Below are positions 60,021 to 64,000 of a stretch of 64,000 nucleotides of DNA, one piece after another. The position numbers were made by a program, and so were the translations under genes. Each line of letters starts with the position of its first letter. Within the stretch, counting starts at the first letter, position 1. Under the pieces are notes generated by a model that saw nothing but the letters and a program-made list of their open reading frames with translations, had not been told where the DNA came from and made no database searches. The DNA is from a virus, in the IMG/VR virus record IMGVR_UViG_3300045988_088815, positions 32,001-96,000 of that record. One strand, 5' to 3'.

Positions 60021-60119
60021 TATTGAAACAATGAAAAAGGTATTCACAATTGAGAATGCATTAGCATTTTTGTTTGCTCTTGAAATAGTATCATTAATAT
60101 TTTTTCTAGGATAGGGCTT

Positions 60120-60338
60120 ATGCAGATTAAGTTTGGTAAGATAAAGTTTACTGCGGCTAAGTCCGAAAAAGGATGCCGCTTTGATGCTTGCTACAAAGGG
60201 GAGCATGTGGCTTTTGAGAGTGAAGACATGTCTTTGTATGATGATGTTTTTTCTGATAATAACAGAAGAGCAAAGGCTGCAAAGAGGGTGGTTTACGAGA
60301 ACATTAAACACAAGTATTATGAGACCCATAGAGATTAG
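60120..60338 (+). CDS. hypothetical protein
   Basis: 72-aa ORF. Confidence 0.5.
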   Translation: MQIKFGKIKFTAAKSEKGCRFDACYKGEHVAFESEDMSLYDDVFSDNNRRAKAAKRVVYENIKHKYYETHRD

Positions 60339-60789
60339 CGATTTCAACGCTGCCGATGAATTTGTAGTTGAGGCAATGATGCAAGATGGCAAATTCAAGG
60401 TTATCGGCAAGGTTATTATTGATAATAATCTTCTGAATGATGATGATTTGGAAACCATCTGGGATTATGCCAACTGGGAGACGAATGGCTATGAAAAGAT
60501 GGTTGTCTCTAATGGAGTGTACAAAGGCTTGAAAGCGTTTAGTGATGGTCGAATGTTCTATGTAATTACGGATGATGAGGTCGGAGTGGTAAACGACAAT
60601 ATCATGGTACGTAAGCATTATGATGTCAACAATGGCTATTATATAAAGTCATCAAGGTTACACAAGGAGCAATCCAAGGATTTGTGGTGCTTTGGCAGCT
60701 GCGAGACCATAACTAACGAATATAAGTCAAACATTTTACATGAAGTACTTTGTGGCAAAGATGAACCATATAAAGCCTACCTTCCTTGA
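60319..60789 (+). CDS. hypothetical protein
   Basis: 156-aa ORF from an internal ATG (MRPIEISDF). Confidence 0.5.
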   Translation: MRPIEISDFNAADEFVVEAMMQDGKFKVIGKVIIDNNLLNDDDLETIWDYANWETNGYEKMVVSNGVYKGLKAFSDGRMFYVITDDEVGVVNDNIMVRKHYDVNNGYYIKSSRLHKEQSKDLWCFGSCETITNEYKSNILHEVLCGKDEPYKAYLP

Positions 60790-61003
60790 AGGCGGTGAAG
60801 TCTGGCATGATATTGATAAGTTCCCGATGCTAGACCATACTATTTTAGTTGAGTTGCAGGTAAAAGGCTCTGACGGATTGATTTACCGGACGCAAGATGT
60901 ATGTGTTGAACGTGCAGATAGATTTGAGCCTACGATGTCTTTTGTCCCTAAGCGTTGGGCGTATGCAATAGATTTAGCTCAATGCAAGAAAGTGGAAGGA
61001 TAA
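60761..61003 (+). CDS. hypothetical protein
   Basis: 80-aa ORF from an internal ATG. Confidence 0.45.
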   Translation: MNHIKPTFLEGGEVWHDIDKFPMLDHTILVELQVKGSDGLIYRTQDVCVERADRFEPTMSFVPKRWAYAIDLAQCKKVEG

Positions 61004-61030
61004 AATAAAATACAAATTAAAAATAAGCAT

Positions 61031-61381
61031 ATGGAAGAATCGAGAGGTGTTTACACATTACCAGTCTTGTATAATGAGCAAAGTGGTACAAACGAAGGTG
61101 TATGTGTAAGAAAAGAACTTGGAGTAGTTGTTGCAATCGACAATGAAGATGAGTTTAAAGGTGTTTTTTCAAAGGATGGTGAGGTTGATGTATTCAAGCA
61201 GTTACTATCACAAGAAGTGTATCGTTACTATACAGAGCACAACGCATTCCCTACTGGGCCTTTGGTTTCTTACAAGATGGATGGCGACATCATCTTTGAT
61301 TACGTTGAAGTAACTATTGGAAAAATGTATGGCGGTTATGTTTATGTTGTTCATTACAACTTTGCAAGCACCGCATCATGA
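61031..61381 (+). CDS. hypothetical protein
   Basis: 116-aa ORF. Confidence 0.55.
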   Translation: MEESRGVYTLPVLYNEQSGTNEGVCVRKELGVVVAIDNEDEFKGVFSKDGEVDVFKQLLSQEVYRYYTEHNAFPTGPLVSYKMDGDIIFDYVEVTIGKMYGGYVYVVHYNFASTAS

Positions 61382-61396
61382 TAAACAAGATTGATT

Positions 61397-61531
61397 ATGA
61401 CAGTAGTAAGAGATAGAATTAAAATTGCAGCTCAGATTGAAGTCTTGGAGGACATTGCTATTGACTATAGGGGAAAGACTATAGATAACATCATCCAACA
61501 GCTAGAAGCGAGGTTGACTGCGTTGAAGTAA
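61397..61531 (+). CDS. small hypothetical protein (44 aa)
   Basis: Hand translation MTVVRDRIKIAAQIEVLED... Confidence 0.35.
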   Translation: MTVVRDRIKIAAQIEVLEDIAIDYRGKTIDNIIQQLEARLTALK

Positions 61532-61555
61532 GTTCAAGTTTGAAGTTAAAAGTCA

Positions 61556-61912
61556 ATGAGTGGTGGACGTTTTGATTATGCTCAGTATCGGATTGCTGAC
61601 ATATATACAAAGATAGAAGATTATGTTGATGGTCATCCATTGGATGAGGAAGACGAAAGATGCTTTCTCGAAGACCGATGGCTAGAGGAGGAAGAAGACA
61701 AGTATGTTAGAAAGCATCATCATACGATGCCTAACAGATATGGCTTATCTAAAGAGACTATCAAGGAATTCAAGAAGGGTATTGAGCTTCTGAAGAAGGC
61801 TCAGGTTTATGCCCAAAGAATAGACTGGCTTCTTTCCGGTGATGATGGAGAAGATAATTTCCATCTACGTTTGAAAGAGGATTTGGCAAATTTAAAAAGT
61901 AAGAAAGGATAG
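61556..61912 (+). CDS. hypothetical acidic protein
   Basis: 118-aa ORF. Confidence 0.55.
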   Translation: MSGGRFDYAQYRIADIYTKIEDYVDGHPLDEEDERCFLEDRWLEEEEDKYVRKHHHTMPNRYGLSKETIKEFKKGIELLKKAQVYAQRIDWLLSGDDGEDNFHLRLKEDLANLKSKKG

Positions 61913-61915
61913 ATT

Positions 61916-62413
61916 ATGAGTTGGAATTATCGCTTAGATACACCTATGATGCAATTAGCTGAAGAGGTGAACAAGAAATATGATACTGATGCAGGTAAGA
62001 TGCTTCTTTGCACTTATCTCTTCATGGTATCAAGTGAAGAGATCAAGGACAAACAAGCTTTCTTTGATTGGGTAGAAGAGCTGAATAAGTCCTGTAAGTG
62101 CGATGCGGTAAGGGAGTACGTGAAAATCAACGGCAAAGCCGATTGGCTGCATGGTGGATTCAGTAAGCCGATTTACCGACACTATAAGGGCAATTTCTAT
62201 GAGTACCTTGGTGAGGTTACTGATAGCGAGACTTCTGAAGCTAAGGTTGCGTATCAAGCAGTGTGCGGACAGCATGAAGTTTGGGTGCGACCAAAGGAAA
62301 TGTTCTTTGGTAATGTTGAGGTAGATGGTAAGCCAGTTCCTCGATTTGAGAAGGTAGATTTAAAAGACTTAGAGAAACAAGCCGAGAAGAGCAATGGACA
62401 GAGAAAAGATTAA
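61916..62413 (+). CDS. protein with C-terminal DUF1653-like domain
   Basis: IYRHYKGNFYEYLGEVTDSETSEAKVAYQAV...VWVRPKEMFFGNVEVDGKPVPRFEKV. Confidence 0.6.
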   Translation: MSWNYRLDTPMMQLAEEVNKKYDTDAGKMLLCTYLFMVSSEEIKDKQAFFDWVEELNKSCKCDAVREYVKINGKADWLHGGFSKPIYRHYKGNFYEYLGEVTDSETSEAKVAYQAVCGQHEVWVRPKEMFFGNVEVDGKPVPRFEKVDLKDLEKQAEKSNGQRKD

Positions 62414-62543
62414 GAGCTTGTTAGGTCAAGCAATCTTGCGAGTGAATGAAGTCGTACCGGATTTCGAAGACTTGGACAAGGTTCTTCCTTTGCTTAGACA
62501 GGCAATTGATGAATTAGATAAGTCTGATTCGGGTTCAGTTTAA
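62394..62543 (+). CDS. small hypothetical protein (49 aa)
   Basis: Hand translation MDREKIKSLLGQAILRV... Confidence 0.35.
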   Translation: MDREKIKSLLGQAILRVNEVVPDFEDLDKVLPLLRQAIDELDKSDSGSV

Positions 62544-62555
62544 AAAGGGTGGAAA

Positions 62556-63089
62556 ATGGCAAATAAGCAGACGATAAAACCAAAGGTAGTTCCCTTTGAG
62601 ATAGCCAAACTTCTGAAGGAGGTTGGTTACGATGAGAAGATAGCAGAATTTTGGGCTTATGCTAGTCCTTGGACAGCAAAGGGTGGCATTCGTAAGGGTG
62701 GAAAATATAATGAGCATTACGGCAGTTATATTGCTTACTCCAATTCCGAGTGGGAGAAATCCAATATTGAGTTTTCTGCTGCCTTAAAGTTGAATAGTAA
62801 GCATCCGGCAATATCCGCTCCAAGCTATGATATGGTGCTTGATTGGCTTTTAGAGCATTTCGGTTACTATATTTGTGTTGCAAACATTTCGAAAGATAAG
62901 TTCTGTTGGCAAACTACATCATGGTGTGTAGAGGAAGGCTTGTGTCATACGGATGGTAAGGAATATTCCAGTAGATACGATGCAATGGATGCCGCATTCA
63001 AGAGTATCTTAAAGGCTCGCATAGATAATAAAGAAAACGAGGAAATCAAAAGACTTTTGGAGGAAATACAAGATGGAAAGACTTTATGA
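62556..63089 (+). CDS. hypothetical protein
   Basis: 177-aa ORF. Confidence 0.55.
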   Translation: MANKQTIKPKVVPFEIAKLLKEVGYDEKIAEFWAYASPWTAKGGIRKGGKYNEHYGSYIAYSNSEWEKSNIEFSAALKLNSKHPAISAPSYDMVLDWLLEHFGYYICVANISKDKFCWQTTSWCVEEGLCHTDGKEYSSRYDAMDAAFKSILKARIDNKENEEIKRLLEEIQDGKTL

Positions 63090-63408
63090 TACTTTTGTAC
63101 ACGCAATAATGGTGAAGTTAGAAGCTCGTTTATATGTTGAACTCGAATGTGTTTATAAGGATATAACAAACAAGATTGTTGAGAAGAAAGGTAAACTCAC
63201 CAACGAAGACGTAATTGAGTTTCAGAAAAAACTACAAGAAGTGTACGACACGAATGCTGCTATTCGTGAAAAGGTTACTGGCATTAAAGATTCAAAGAAA
63301 TGTATCTTAACTAAAGAAGCATGTGAAGAGTTAATAAAGCGATTTAGCGTGATTTATATAAAAGAAGATGAACAAGCAAAGAATGATAGAGTGGATAGCC
63401 ACTTGTGA
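63073..63408 (+). CDS. hypothetical protein
   Basis: 111-aa ORF. Confidence 0.5.
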   Translation: MERLYDTFVHAIMVKLEARLYVELECVYKDITNKIVEKKGKLTNEDVIEFQKKLQEVYDTNAAIREKVTGIKDSKKCILTKEACEELIKRFSVIYIKEDEQAKNDRVDSHL

Positions 63409-63745
63409 TACTGGTATCTCTTCAATGACTATGTGGAGTGCATTGATGGGGGTAAAAAGAAAGAAAGATTTGGATATTCCTAAAGACAATAGTGACTTCC
63501 GTAGATGCTATGACATGGTAGAATACGGACACGTAACCTTGGATGAGCTACAGGTTGTAAAGAAGCAATATCCTTGGTTTGCTCCTGTTGTTGACAATTG
63601 GAAGGAATTGTCTCTTTTGTTTGAAGAAGAGTTGGACAAACGTTTGTATATACGAATCCGTCAGCTTTGCAAAGAGTCATATGCTATCCGATATGAGGTA
63701 AAGGGAGGACTTTATTATGAAAGGGGTTTTTGGTATAATGTTTAA
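63368..63745 (+). CDS. hypothetical protein
   Basis: 125-aa ORF. Confidence 0.5.
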   Translation: MNKQRMIEWIATCDTGISSMTMWSALMGVKRKKDLDIPKDNSDFRRCYDMVEYGHVTLDELQVVKKQYPWFAPVVDNWKELSLLFEEELDKRLYIRIRQLCKESYAIRYEVKGGLYYERGFWYNV

Positions 63746-63765
63746 TTATTAAAAAAATAGAAAGA

Positions 63766-64000
63766 ATGAATAAAGACAAATTAAAGGTCAGCTTTGAGAT
63801 TGACCGCTACAAGGTAATTGGTATGCTTTCACGTAATTGTGAGAATGCTGAAGAGTACAACGAGATTATGGATATTCTTGAAGGAAAGAATGAGTTTGTG
63901 CGTGATGCGAATGGTAACGAGGAACTTGCAAGCCGCATTTGCAATTATGCTTTGGACTCTATCTTGGTAGAGAATCCAGATTTGGCTCTCCGTAAGCGTT
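63766..64000 (+). CDS. hypothetical protein, 3' end beyond window
   Basis: ATG at 63766 (MNKDKLKVSFEIDRYK...) stays open to the window end. Confidence 0.45.
   Translation, partial: MNKDKLKVSFEIDRYKVIGMLSRNCENAEEYNEIMDILEGKNEFVRDANGNEELASRICNYALDSILVENPDLALRKR

Noticed and set aside
60031-60114. A 27-codon hydrophobic ORF (MKKVFTIENALAFLFALEIVSLIFFLG) after leader motif copy H
   Set aside because: This is a possible micro-membrane protein, but it is too short to support and no -7 box was recognised upstream. It is left unannotated.

Overview
The window reads as a densely packed dsDNA tailed-phage or prophage genome segment, mostly transcribed on the + strand, with one inverted block at 12.6-18.2 kb. 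All calls come from reading the sequence and the ORF translations by eye; no searches were run. The host is probably a Bacteroidota member, because about 20 intergenic regions carry the TAnnTTTG -7 promoter box typical of that phylum and Shine-Dalgarno sites are rare. Recognisable content: a portal gene (5' truncated), a 2307-aa tail fibre with a self-cleaving chaperone C-terminus, and a lysis cassette with a GH108 endolysin. There are also C5-cytosine and N6-adenine DNA methyltransferases, two RNase H genes, ThyX, a 2087-aa tape measure, HicAB, XRE regulators, GNAT, ASCH, YopX and DUF1653-like genes, a solo TnpB element and a homing-endonuclease-like gene next to a decayed repressor gene. The most unusual locus is a four-ORF operon at 35561-37634. 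An RlmN/Cfr-family radical-SAM methylsynthase there is split into a 260-aa core that lacks the resolving cysteine and a separate 39-aa peptide carrying the AACGQLA catalytic-cysteine block. A second radical-SAM gene and a SAM methyltransferase sit between the two pieces. Other leads: a 23-nt leader motif (GGTGAGACACACC-NN-AAAAACTG) in 8 copies, a promoter-to-terminator non-coding RNA with 20 phased pentamer repeats upstream of hicAB, a compositionally foreign receptor-binding segment inside the fibre gene, and several repeated intergenic cassettes.
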